From: Patescibacteria group bacterium
GTDB taxonomy: Bacteria; Patescibacteriota; Patescibacteriia; UBA2591; UBA4787
DNA length: 64,000 nt
Assembly: GCA_028715115.1 (NCBI GenBank)
Contig: JAQUSN010000002.1
Location: forward strand, 132,944 to 196,943
Direction of reading: 5' to 3'
Every line of letters starts with the position of its first letter. Positions within the stretch are counted from its first letter, which is position 1. Shown here one piece after another: positions 29,194-38,516 of this stretch. Made by a program: the position numbers and the translations under genes. The notes beneath the pieces were generated by a model. The model ran no database searches. It saw nothing but the letters and a program-made list of their open reading frames with translations, and was not told the origin of the DNA.

Positions 29194-30813
29194 ATGCATA
29201 TCAATATTTTATTGCCTTTAGTCGGTTTAGCCCTGTTCCTTTATGGTCTGATTCACTTAAATTCATTGGTTCAGAAATTTTTTAGCGTTCGGGTCAGGGA
29301 TTATATCCGCCAGAGCGTCAGGCGGCCGTTTTCCGGAATTTTAGTCGGTTTAGTTTCGGCGGTTTTGGCGCAAAGCAGTTCAGCTTCGAATGTTTTGACT
29401 ATTGGCATGGTCAGTGCCGGACTGATAACTTTTTATCAATCTATCGGTATTTTGCTTGGCGCCGGCCTTGGCGGTACGATTAACGCCCAACTTATTGCTT
29501 TAAATTTTACGGCTATCGCGCCGCTTTTTATTATCATTGGTTTTTTACTATTGTTATTCACCCACGGCAAGAAAAAAGTTTTAGGCCAAATGGTTTTTCA
29601 TTTTGGCTTATTGTTTTTTGGTTTAAGTCTGATTGAAGCCAGTGGCGAATTATTTAAACATAGCCTGTTTTTAACCGAATTGCTGACCTCGGCGCAAACG
29701 CCGCTCATCGGTATTTTAATCGGTATTTTAGCCTCGATTGTTTTTCAAGCCAGCGCCATTCCGATCGGTCTGATGGTGATTTTTGCCGGACAGGGGATTG
29801 TGGGAATCGAGAGTGCCTTGCCCATTGTCTTGGGCGCTTGTTTGGGCACGACGATTGACATTGCCGAAATTATGGCAACCCTAACTGCCAAACGCGGCGG
29901 CCAGCGCGTGGCTCTGGCAAATTTTTTATTCCGCTTGGTCGGCCTGATAGTTCTTCTGCCGTTTTTGGGGAAATTCATCGAACTATTGAAAATAATTTAC
30001 ATTCAGCCGGCTTATCAGATCGCCTTGGGGAATATTTTATTTGCCTTGTTCACCGCCATTGTCGGTTTGATTTTACTAAAGCCGCTCACGTATTTAATTA
30101 AAAAAATAATTCCGGGCGAAGAAAAAAGCGTTTCCTTTTGGCCAGAGTATCTGGACAGCCGCCATATCAGCCAGCCGAAATTAGCCCTAGAAGGCACTAT
30201 TAAAGAATTGACGCGCATGACCGAAATTACAAGAAGCATGTATCAGGAAGCCGCGGGTTTGAATTTTAAATACAAGCCGGCTAATTTCCGCAGCGTAGAA
30301 TATTTGGAAATGGTCGTTGATAATTTACAAAAAGAAATTTTAATTTATCTTGATAAGATTTCCGAACAAAAAATGCCTCAGGAAGAATCTTCGCGCTTAT
30401 TGTATTATTCTATCATTGTCGACGACGTGGAACGTATTGCTGACTTATCGTTAAACATTGCCAAGCTCAGCCGTTATCAGAAAAAATATAAGCTTTGTCT
30501 GTCGCCGGAGGCTAATAATGAGTTGCAAAAATTTATGTCTTTGACGCTCAGTAACATCGATTACGCGGTTTCGCTTTTTGACAATCCCGGTTCAGAGACC
30601 ATTGAACACATTAAGGCCGTGGAGCAGGAGACAGATCATCTCTACAAACAATATCGCCAAAATCATTTTGCCAGATTTTTTGCCGGCACTTGCAGCGCCG
30701 AAGCCGGTCCGATCTTCATCGGCCTGTTGTCTAATCTGGAAAGAATCTCCGATCATTGTAAAAATATTGCCGACTATTGGCAAGAATTAAAAGAAAATTA
30801 TCTTCGCGCTTAA
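29194..30813 (+). CDS. Na+/phosphate cotransporter family protein with C-terminal PhoU-like domains.
   Basis: Polytopic N-terminal half with Na/Pi cotransporter-like repeats. Helical C-terminal half. Confidence 0.75.
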   Translation: MHINILLPLVGLALFLYGLIHLNSLVQKFFSVRVRDYIRQSVRRPFSGILVGLVSAVLAQSSSASNVLTIGMVSAGLITFYQSIGILLGAGLGGTINAQLIALNFTAIAPLFIIIGFLLLLFTHGKKKVLGQMVFHFGLLFFGLSLIEASGELFKHSLFLTELLTSAQTPLIGILIGILASIVFQASAIPIGLMVIFAGQGIVGIESALPIVLGACLGTTIDIAEIMATLTAKRGGQRVALANFLFRLVGLIVLLPFLGKFIELLKIIYIQPAYQIALGNILFALFTAIVGLILLKPLTYLIKKIIPGEEKSVSFWPEYLDSRHISQPKLALEGTIKELTRMTEITRSMYQEAAGLNFKYKPANFRSVEYLEMVVDNLQKEILIYLDKISEQKMPQEESSRLLYYSIIVDDVERIADLSLNIAKLSRYQKKYKLCLSPEANNELQKFMSLTLSNIDYAVSLFDNPGSETIEHIKAVEQETDHLYKQYRQNHFARFFAGTCSAEAGPIFIGLLSNLERISDHCKNIADYWQELKENYLRA

Positions 30814-30814
30814 T

Positions 30815-31654
30815 ATGGTAAAACGCTTTGAGGAAAAAAGATCTCCTGTTGCCGCCCGGTTTCATCAGCCGAAAAAAAGTTGCTTTCCTTGGATTTTCTG
30901 GCCGCTGGTCGGCTTGGTTATTATTTTCGCCATCTTTATTGCGCAAAATAAATATCTTTATATCACTACGGTCAGTGTCAAATATTTGCCGGCTAACGCT
31001 AAATACCGTCTGACCGACCAGGCGCAGATTACTAAACAGTTAAACGATTACATTAATCAGCCTTGGCTGAATTATTTCAAAAAAGATACGCCGTTGACTT
31101 TTTCGACTCAATACATTCTTAGCCATTTTGCCAAGGATGGGCGATTCGCCAGTACGAAAATCATCTGGCGTTTTCCGCATAAAATAGAACTCGCCTTGTA
31201 CGAAAAAGTCCCGGTGGCGATTTTGTCTGTTTCCGGCGACAAGGATTATTGGTTGGATAAAAACGGGGAGATCATTGCTCCGGCTACTAAACCGCTGACT
31301 GATTTGACTAATAATAACCAACCCGTGGTTTTGCCTATAATATATGACGAAACTAGCTCCAGTTATGGCTCAAAAGGCCTTTCAGATGCGCTTAAAATGG
31401 CTTTAGGCGTGTTTTCGGAGCTGAATGGGGTCAAATACCGTTTGGCGGTAAAAGACCTGAAAATAAGCGAAAATAGCGGTTATTTCCTGGGTGAAAGCAT
31501 GGCTGTTCCTGGTTTTAAAATCCTATGGCTATTGGACCAAAAGGAGATTAATTATGAAGTCGCCCGATTGAAAATTCTAATGGATAACAAATTTGCCAGC
31601 AGTAATCCGGAGTACGTTGACCTACGTTTCGGCGAAAAAGTTTATTATAAATAA
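30815..31654 (+). CDS. FtsQ/DivIB-like cell division protein (TM plus POTRA).
   Basis: N-terminal TM followed by a POTRA-like segment (KIIWRFPHKIELALYEKVPVAIL). Confidence 0.5.
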   Translation: MVKRFEEKRSPVAARFHQPKKSCFPWIFWPLVGLVIIFAIFIAQNKYLYITTVSVKYLPANAKYRLTDQAQITKQLNDYINQPWLNYFKKDTPLTFSTQYILSHFAKDGRFASTKIIWRFPHKIELALYEKVPVAILSVSGDKDYWLDKNGEIIAPATKPLTDLTNNNQPVVLPIIYDETSSSYGSKGLSDALKMALGVFSELNGVKYRLAVKDLKISENSGYFLGESMAVPGFKILWLLDQKEINYEVARLKILMDNKFASSNPEYVDLRFGEKVYYK

Positions 31655-31693
31655 TTATGAAAAAACTAATTAAAACTTTCTAATTTAATCGTT

Positions 31694-32143
31694 ATGAAAA
31701 AAACAATTTTCGTCGGTTTAATCATTCTGACTACGACCGTGTTGGTTGGCGCTGGCTGTAGCAATAGCAATCAAAAAGCCGGTGACCTGGCCAATACTTT
31801 GCCAGCTCAAACTAATGATAATCAGCCAGTTGTTTGCCAAGATCCGCCTTGTCTGGTGCAATATTTTCTTCGGTGTCAGCCGGCAACCTTAAGCATGAAT
31901 CTGGGCGAAGGAGTAACTTATGTAATTAAGGTTTTAGGATTAGAAGATGGTAAGTGTCATTGGCAAAGCACGATAACTTCTGGTCAAACCCCGTCATCAG
32001 AAACTAATGATTGTTATTATCCCTTAGCCGATATGACTACTGATACGATCGATCATCTTTTCGGTGCTGACAAAGTCGCGGGGAAAGAAGCGGTTTTGCA
32101 AGCGCAAAACAATTTATTCCAAGCCAACTGCACCGCTAAATAA
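31694..32143 (+). CDS. Hypothetical lipoprotein.
   Basis: Signal peptide plus lipobox VGAGC. Confidence 0.5.
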   Translation: MKKTIFVGLIILTTTVLVGAGCSNSNQKAGDLANTLPAQTNDNQPVVCQDPPCLVQYFLRCQPATLSMNLGEGVTYVIKVLGLEDGKCHWQSTITSGQTPSSETNDCYYPLADMTTDTIDHLFGADKVAGKEAVLQAQNNLFQANCTAK

Positions 32144-32179
32144 TTTTGTACTTAGTATTTCATATTTTATATATTCTTT

Positions 32180-32920
32180 GTGCTTATTCTCTACGCTTTT
32201 CTTTCGGCTCTTATTGTCAGCTTGATTTCGCTAATCGGCGTTTTTACTTTGAGTATAAAAAAAGAAGCACTGAATAAAATCGTTCACGTCTTGGTCGCTT
32301 TTGCCGTGGGCGGACTATTCGGCGACGCGATAATTCATTTGATCCCCGAAGCTTTTAAAACAAACCCCAACAGCTTATCAGTTTCATTACTAATTCTGTT
32401 GGGTATTTTTATTTTTTTCGGAATGGAGAAAATTTTGCGCTGGCGGCATTGCCACGAGAGTGATTGTCCCGAGCATCACCACTTGGCCACTATGAACTTA
32501 GTAGGCGATGCAGTGCATAATTTTATCGACGGTTTGATTATCGGCGTCAGTTTTATGGTCAGCTTACCGCTCGGCTTGGCAACTACCGTGGCAGTTGTTT
32601 TGCATGAAATTCCCCAGGAGGTGGCTGATTTTGGCGTACTGATTTATGCCGGCGTGCCGGTTAAAAAAGCCTTGGGTTATAATTTTTTGTCAGCCTTGTT
32701 GGCAGTTTTGGGGGTGGCCATGGCGGCCTTAGTCGGTAAATATGTGACGAACTTTTCTGATTTATTGATTCCAATTACTGCCGGCGGTTTTATCTATATT
32801 GCTGGTTCGGATCTGATCCCTGAACTTCACCATCAAACCCAAATATCGCATTTTCTAAAGCAATTAATCTTTATTTTGCTAGGCCTCGGCATTATGGTGC
32901 TTTTATTATTTTTAGGGTAA
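32180..32920 (+). CDS. ZIP-family metal transporter (ZupT-like).
   Basis: HNFIDGLIIG and VLHEIPQEVADFGVL motifs. Confidence 0.85.
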   Translation: MLILYAFLSALIVSLISLIGVFTLSIKKEALNKIVHVLVAFAVGGLFGDAIIHLIPEAFKTNPNSLSVSLLILLGIFIFFGMEKILRWRHCHESDCPEHHHLATMNLVGDAVHNFIDGLIIGVSFMVSLPLGLATTVAVVLHEIPQEVADFGVLIYAGVPVKKALGYNFLSALLAVLGVAMAALVGKYVTNFSDLLIPITAGGFIYIAGSDLIPELHHQTQISHFLKQLIFILLGLGIMVLLLFLG

Positions 32921-33006
32921 AATATAGACAAAAGTTAATATCAGGCGTTTTATTCGTGTTTTTGATAACAAGATTAGTATAATTATGAAATACTAATATT
33001 TAAATC

Positions 33007-33870
33007 ATGAATAATTTAAATCAAAATTTATATTCTCGTTTCGGACGGACAATTGATCTTGATAAAGTCCAGAATGGTTTTAAATTATGCGTTAAGAATG
33101 CGGCGCTTGAATATATAACGCCACTTTCCTATCTTAATGAAACAGATGAATTAATAGACATAAAAAATCAGACACTTAAAGAATTATGCCGACAAATGTT
33201 CGCAGATCAGGACAAATACAACAGCGTTTACGGACTCGAGTATTTTATAAAATCTCAACTTTATGACAGCATGGATCCTTTTCAAGAATCTCTTTTAAAA
33301 TTACAAATATTTTTGAATATTATTTTCCGTAATAATTCTAATAAATTATTACTCCATGAATTTAATCAATTTATTATAGAATTAGAAAAATATATTAGCG
33401 ACTTTCCAATTTTAGGAATAATGATTAAAAAATATAAATTAAAATCACCGCAGATTTTGCCCACTACCTCAAAAATATTCAAACAAAATATAAAAAATAC
33501 CTTAGGACTTTTAGAATTAAATGATAAATATAAGCATATACTTTCTTCTTTTGAAGATGGTTTAAAAGAATTTTTATCTGCCAAAACAATAGAAAAGTAT
33601 AAAAATGTTGTTGAAGACATGTATTCGGCTCTTGATGAGTTAGCAAAAGTTATATTTGATGATAAAAATAAGGGCTTTAAACATTTATTAAATAAAGAAA
33701 ATATAAAGTTATTCAGTTGTGGTTTTCAAAAAGAAATATATAACAATCTTCGTAAATGGATGGATCTTATTAAACATGGAACAAAAAAGGATCTTAATAA
33801 AAATGATATTGAGATAATCATTGATATGACGGGCAATTTAATTAGATTTATGATTTTAAAAATAAAATAA
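33007..33870 (+). CDS. Hypothetical all-alpha protein (accessory island gene 1).
   Basis: ORF in an extra-AT-rich block. No confident motif. Confidence 0.5.
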   Translation: MNNLNQNLYSRFGRTIDLDKVQNGFKLCVKNAALEYITPLSYLNETDELIDIKNQTLKELCRQMFADQDKYNSVYGLEYFIKSQLYDSMDPFQESLLKLQIFLNIIFRNNSNKLLLHEFNQFIIELEKYISDFPILGIMIKKYKLKSPQILPTTSKIFKQNIKNTLGLLELNDKYKHILSSFEDGLKEFLSAKTIEKYKNVVEDMYSALDELAKVIFDDKNKGFKHLLNKENIKLFSCGFQKEIYNNLRKWMDLIKHGTKKDLNKNDIEIIIDMTGNLIRFMILKIK

Positions 33871-33921
33871 TATTTAAATTTTATACCTAAAAAACATATT
33901 TAAATAATATAAAAAAGATTT

Positions 33922-35058
33922 ATGATAATTTCGGAACTAAAGGAAATATTTGGTTGGTCAACAGAAAGAGATGATTTTATTATCGGAAAAGATAGTTTTT
34001 CAGACCTGCAAATAAATTCGACACCATTTGAGCAATTTTATTATTTTTTTCATCAAAAAGACAGAAGACTAATAAAGCAATTTGTTCTTAACAAGGGTAA
34101 GCGAGTAGACCATATATGCAGAGTGGATCTTATAAAAAAAGATAGTAAATTTGCACCCCGATTATCATTTTCCATCCGCGATAAAGCAAGAAAAATAACA
34201 GAGCAAGAGGAGGCAGAAAAAACTAATATAAAAGCTAACGTTAGTTTATGTGATTGTTCTAATAATTTTTGGAAATTGATTTCTTTTCTTAAAACATTGC
34301 AGGACATAGAAATTCCAGAAGACAAATTCTCTCTTGTGTCTCAAAAAGAAGAAGAAATTGTATCTGCCCTGCATAATCGAGGATCAGGTAGTGTTTTAAA
34401 TATTATTAAACAACTTTCACAATCACCAGATATTTCCTTAACACAAGAAGATGTTAATTCTCTCTTAAAGAGAAGAGAGAAATTAATTAATTTCGAAGAG
34501 GCTCTAAAAAAATATCAAAGTGATGAAGGATGGTGGCAAAATTTTTTTGAACAAAATAAATGGATTTTTGGTTATGGTTTAAACTATGAAATTCTGAAGA
34601 ACCAACAATCACAGCCACATTATGGAGGCGATAAAGTTGATGGATCTGGCGGTCAGCGGGGCGACAACCTTATGTCTACAACTGGCGATTTAAATTTTAC
34701 AGTTTTGGTTGAGATAAAAACTCCAGCCACCAAGCTTTTACAGGGAGTGCAAGAAATTAGAAATGGTGCGTGGAGCTTGTCTAAAGATCTAACCGATGCT
34801 TTGTCTCAAATACTAGCGAACATTCAAACATGGGATAAATGTGGATCAGAGCAACCAGCGAATAGGGATAAACTCGAGAAAGATTCAGTTTTTACTATTA
34901 AACCAAAGGGCATTATTGTTATTGGCGCGCTGGGTCAGCTTGATGATAGAAATAAAAGAGAAACATTTCAACGTTTTAGAAAATCGGTTCACGGAATCGA
35001 TATTATTACTTTTGACGAATTATTTGAAAGAGCTCAATTTATTGTTCAAAGTGATTAG
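33922..35058 (+). CDS. Hypothetical protein with a C-terminal PD-(D/E)xK-like motif (GDLNFTVLVEIK); possibly DUF4263/Shedu-like.
   Basis: D...E.K arrangement in the C-terminal third, and the size. Assignment by eye only. Confidence 0.4.
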   Translation: MIISELKEIFGWSTERDDFIIGKDSFSDLQINSTPFEQFYYFFHQKDRRLIKQFVLNKGKRVDHICRVDLIKKDSKFAPRLSFSIRDKARKITEQEEAEKTNIKANVSLCDCSNNFWKLISFLKTLQDIEIPEDKFSLVSQKEEEIVSALHNRGSGSVLNIIKQLSQSPDISLTQEDVNSLLKRREKLINFEEALKKYQSDEGWWQNFFEQNKWIFGYGLNYEILKNQQSQPHYGGDKVDGSGGQRGDNLMSTTGDLNFTVLVEIKTPATKLLQGVQEIRNGAWSLSKDLTDALSQILANIQTWDKCGSEQPANRDKLEKDSVFTIKPKGIIVIGALGQLDDRNKRETFQRFRKSVHGIDIITFDELFERAQFIVQSD

Positions 35059-35066
35059 GGTTTTAA

Positions 35067-35627
35067 ATGTCATATTTAATGAAAAAATTAGGAGAAATAA
35101 AAATTGCGTGGTTGGTACTGTGGACTTGTTCTGGTCAAAACGAAGATGAATGTTTAAGAAAAGTAGGTATTTATGAAAAAGTTGCGGATATAATTAGTGC
35201 GAGGAAAGATTTTGACCAAATTATTGAAATTGCAAAAGATATTTATAAGCAAAAGATGCTCTCATTTTCAAAGAGGATTTATCTTTCTAATTATTCACTG
35301 GGGAATAAACGTAAGAAAGAATTTTTTAGCACAGAAGTTCCGGTTTTTACGCACTATCAATCTGATGTTTATAGAACTTTAATGAAATTAATTCAAGAAA
35401 AAGGGATTAAAAATAAAAAAGCAGAAAAGATGTCTGAAAGATGGAGTAGACATCCTCAATTCATAACGGTCGGACATAATCCATGCCTCGAAATAACTAA
35501 AGTGTTCAATTTATCTGTTTCTGAAGATAAAAATGGTGAGGAATTTTTAGAATGGGATCGTCTATTAGCAAGTGGTAATTTTAAGAGAGAAGAATATAGG
35601 CGCAAAAAAATAAATTATGGCCAATAA
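35067..35627 (+). CDS. Hypothetical protein (accessory island gene 3).
   Basis: ORF only. Confidence 0.4.
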   Translation: MSYLMKKLGEIKIAWLVLWTCSGQNEDECLRKVGIYEKVADIISARKDFDQIIEIAKDIYKQKMLSFSKRIYLSNYSLGNKRKKEFFSTEVPVFTHYQSDVYRTLMKLIQEKGIKNKKAEKMSERWSRHPQFITVGHNPCLEITKVFNLSVSEDKNGEEFLEWDRLLASGNFKREEYRRKKINYGQ

Positions 35628-36246
35628 ATATTTAAAGAGAAAGATTAGAAATTATGAAATATATAAAACAATGCTTATATCTATTTTGATGTGTTTGTCT
35701 TTTTTTACTGGCGAATATGTTTATTCTAAAAAATTTTTTGGTGATATTATAGTAAACATTATAGTGGGGCTGGTTCTTGGTATCATTGGTGCAATTTTGA
35801 CTATTATTTTTGAGAATTACATGATTAGTCAGGCTCGTTATAGAAAAGGGCTTGAATTGGAATCACAGGTAGAAGATAAATTAAAAAGACTAAGAATTAA
35901 ATATGAACCCCACCTAGAAGATGGTCACGGTGATTTGGATTTTTTACTTAGTGGAAATAATAATTTTTATGGGATAGAAGTTAAAAATCAATCAGGCCTT
36001 ATAAGATTTGAAAATAATAATCTTATGATTTCTAATTTTAAGAATACCTATATTTTAAAGAACTTATTAAAACACTGTAAACTAATTAGAGATATAAAAT
36101 TTGGAGATAGTTCAGATAGATTCATTAAACCCATACTCATTTTTGGTTATAAAGCTGTTGTTGATATCCCACAAAATAAGATCAAGTTCAATAATGTAGA
36201 AATTATAGTTGCCACTATTAATGATTTTGAGCGCTATATTATTTAG
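35617..36246 (+). CDS. Membrane-anchored NERD-domain (nuclease-related) protein.
   Basis: N-terminal TM helices. GDLDFLLSGNNNFYGIEVKNQSG matches the NERD / PD-(D/E)xK core (D..D.LL.G....Y.IE.KN.SG). Confidence 0.5.
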   Translation: MANKYLKRKIRNYEIYKTMLISILMCLSFFTGEYVYSKKFFGDIIVNIIVGLVLGIIGAILTIIFENYMISQARYRKGLELESQVEDKLKRLRIKYEPHLEDGHGDLDFLLSGNNNFYGIEVKNQSGLIRFENNNLMISNFKNTYILKNLLKHCKLIRDIKFGDSSDRFIKPILIFGYKAVVDIPQNKIKFNNVEIIVATINDFERYII

Positions 36247-36267
36247 TTGTTATTAAAATTCGGCAGC

Positions 36268-36300
36268 GATTTTGCGTCCGCCTCCGCCCGTATTCTCAAT
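36268..36300 (+). repeat. 33-bp GC-rich direct repeat, left copy: gattttgcgtccgcctccgcccgtattctcaat.
   Basis: Matches 36881-36915 at about 28 of 33 positions. The core is CCGCCTCCGCCCG. Confidence 0.7.
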
Positions 36301-36336
36301 ACTCTGACTTTGAATAAATTAAAATAAATAAATAAA

Positions 36337-36882
36337 ATGATAAAAATAAAACGGGGAAGACAATTATCTAAAGAATTTATAAAGCAATGGAACACCGCTG
36401 TTGACAGAGAATTTGAATGTAATGAGTTTTTAGATCCACAAAAAAGAAATAGTTTTTCAAAAGATATTTTTTTCATACTTACTGAAAAGAAAAAGATAAA
36501 ATCAATAGCAAGAATAAAGGAATATTCTGTTATTTTTGAAGAAAAACGATATAAAGTCTTGGGCATTACGGATATGGTTTCTTTAAAAAAGGGTCATGGT
36601 TATGGGATAAAATTAGTTAAATCCATGATTAGATATATTAAAAAAACTAAAAAAACGGAAATAAGTTTCTGTCATCCAAAAAATACTAATTTTTATAAAA
36701 AAGGCGGATTTATAATTATAAAAAATGCAGTTAAACAGTTTTATTACAAAGATAAATCAGGTAAGGTTATAAAAAATAATTGGGATAAAGATCTCCTTTG
36801 TATAAATGGAACAGATAATCTAATAAATAAAATTAAATCTTATCCCAAACAAAAGATACAAATGTCAACCAAATTTTTCTGA
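36337..36882 (+). CDS. GNAT-family N-acetyltransferase.
   Basis: Motif A-like KKGHGYGIKLVKSMIRY. Confidence 0.55.
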   Translation: MIKIKRGRQLSKEFIKQWNTAVDREFECNEFLDPQKRNSFSKDIFFILTEKKKIKSIARIKEYSVIFEEKRYKVLGITDMVSLKKGHGYGIKLVKSMIRYIKKTKKTEISFCHPKNTNFYKKGGFIIIKNAVKQFYYKDKSGKVIKNNWDKDLLCINGTDNLINKIKSYPKQKIQMSTKFF

Positions 36883-36915
36883 TTTTGCCGCCGCCTCCGC
36901 CCGCATCTTAACCCT
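36881..36915 (+). repeat. 33-bp GC-rich direct repeat, right copy: gattttgccgccgcctccgcccgcatcttaacc.
   Basis: See the left copy. It starts at the GNAT stop codon. Confidence 0.7.
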
Positions 36916-36943
36916 CCTCACTAAACCAACTTTAAATTAGTTT

Positions 36944-37450
36944 ATGCTATTCAATATTTTATTTACCGTTATTGTTGGCTCGTTGCTCCATTTTACTTTT
37001 AATTTTGCCCACCAGGCCAAGATCGTCGGTTTGTTTTCGGCGGTCAACGAAAGTAGTTGGGAGCATTTGAAACTGGCAGTCATGCCCATGGCGCTCATTG
37101 CTTTATGGTGGGCGATTAACGGTAAGCGGAGGCCGAATAATTTTTGGCTATCGCGGGCCGTGGCCATGTATCTAGCGCCGATTTTAATCTTATTGATTTT
37201 TTACGATTACACAGCTATTTTAGGTAAGAATTATTTGCCTTTAGACATCAGCACGTTTATCCTGGCCGTTATTCTTGCTGAATTAGTCGCCAGATGGATT
37301 ACCAAAAAGCCAGAATTTTCCCGGCGCTATAATCCAATTTTTCAAGCCGCCATCATCCTTCTCGTAGCCATTTTCATAGTCTTTACCTTTTATCCGCCGC
37401 AAAATATTCTTTTCCTTGACCCCATCACCCTCACCTATGGTCTAAAATAA
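36944..37450 (+). CDS. Hypothetical polytopic membrane protein.
   Basis: Four to five hydrophobic helices. Confidence 0.5.
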   Translation: MLFNILFTVIVGSLLHFTFNFAHQAKIVGLFSAVNESSWEHLKLAVMPMALIALWWAINGKRRPNNFWLSRAVAMYLAPILILLIFYDYTAILGKNYLPLDISTFILAVILAELVARWITKKPEFSRRYNPIFQAAIILLVAIFIVFTFYPPQNILFLDPITLTYGLK

Positions 37451-37516
37451 CATTCTAACATTCTCCCTAATTCGCATAAGACGGCGAACGGGCGAAGCGA
37501 AAGAATGTTAGAATGT
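37450..37516. repeat. Perfect 15-bp inverted repeat (acattctaacattct / agaatgttagaatgt) enclosing a 37-nt GC-rich loop.
   Basis: Seen directly in the sequence. It begins at the stop codon of the upstream gene and no T-run follows. Confidence 0.8.
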
Positions 37517-37533
37517 CTAAAACATAAATATTT

Positions 37534-37860
37534 ATGGTTAAAAACAAATCAATTGATATAAAAAAAATGCAGAAAATAGTTGATAATTGGGTGAAGACAA
37601 ATACCCAGGGATATTGGAAACCAAATAACATGATGTTAAGATTAATGGAAGAAATTGGTGAGCTTTCCAGAGCTATTAATCATAAATTTGGCGAAAAGAA
37701 AAAGAAATCTCAAGAAATCGATCAAGAAATTAGCCTGGAAATAGCCGATGTTCTTTTTGCCATAACTTGCATTGCTAATTCTTTGAATATAGATCTGACA
37801 GAAGCCTTTAAACGTATGATAGAAAAATATGAAAAGCGAGATAAATATCGCCATCGCTAA
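37534..37860 (+). CDS. MazG-like nucleotide pyrophosphohydrolase (small, single domain).
   Basis: EEIGELSRAI ... EIADVL motif. Confidence 0.7.
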   Translation: MVKNKSIDIKKMQKIVDNWVKTNTQGYWKPNNMMLRLMEEIGELSRAINHKFGEKKKKSQEIDQEISLEIADVLFAITCIANSLNIDLTEAFKRMIEKYEKRDKYRHR

Positions 37861-37877
37861 ATATTTTTTAATAATTT

Positions 37878-38516
37878 ATGAAACAAAAAGTTGTCGTATT
37901 TTCTCCACATCCTGATGATGACCTGATTGGATGCGGCGGCAGCTTGATTAATCACCTAAAAGAAGGGGCTGATGTTTTGGTCGTATATTTAACCTCCGGG
38001 GAATTAGGAACATTAGGCTATATCCCAAAAAAATTAGCTAAAATAAGAGAAACAGAAGCTAGAAGTGCTGCTAAAATTATCGGCCTTAAAAAATTGATTT
38101 TTTTAAGACAACCGGACAGCTGCTTAAAATTTACTAAAAAATTATTAGCCAAGGTTGTAAAAATTATTTCCCATGAAAAACCAAACATAATATATATACC
38201 TCACGCAAAAGAAAACAACGCAGATCATGTGGCTACATATAAAATAGTTAAATCGGCAGTTAAAAATGTTTTAACAAAAAAGGGCAATCGTATTGCCCCT
38301 ATTATTTTAGAATATGAAATTTGGACCACCCTACAGAATTATAACTATATCGAAGATATAAGCAGATCAATGAATCTTAAAATTTTAGCGCTTAAAAAAC
38401 ACAAGACTCAACTTATTTCTAAAAATTATGCCGAAGCGGCTAAAAATTTAGCGCGATATAGAGGAATTATGACCGGCAAAGGCAATTATGTAGAAGTATT
38501 TAAAATGATAAATTAA
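37878..38516 (+). CDS. PIG-L/LmbE-family N-acetylglucosaminyl deacetylase.
   Basis: VVVFSPHPDDDLIGCGGSL motif. Confidence 0.8.
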   Translation: MKQKVVVFSPHPDDDLIGCGGSLINHLKEGADVLVVYLTSGELGTLGYIPKKLAKIRETEARSAAKIIGLKKLIFLRQPDSCLKFTKKLLAKVVKIISHEKPNIIYIPHAKENNADHVATYKIVKSAVKNVLTKKGNRIAPIILEYEIWTTLQNYNYIEDISRSMNLKILALKKHKTQLISKNYAEAAKNLARYRGIMTGKGNYVEVFKMIN

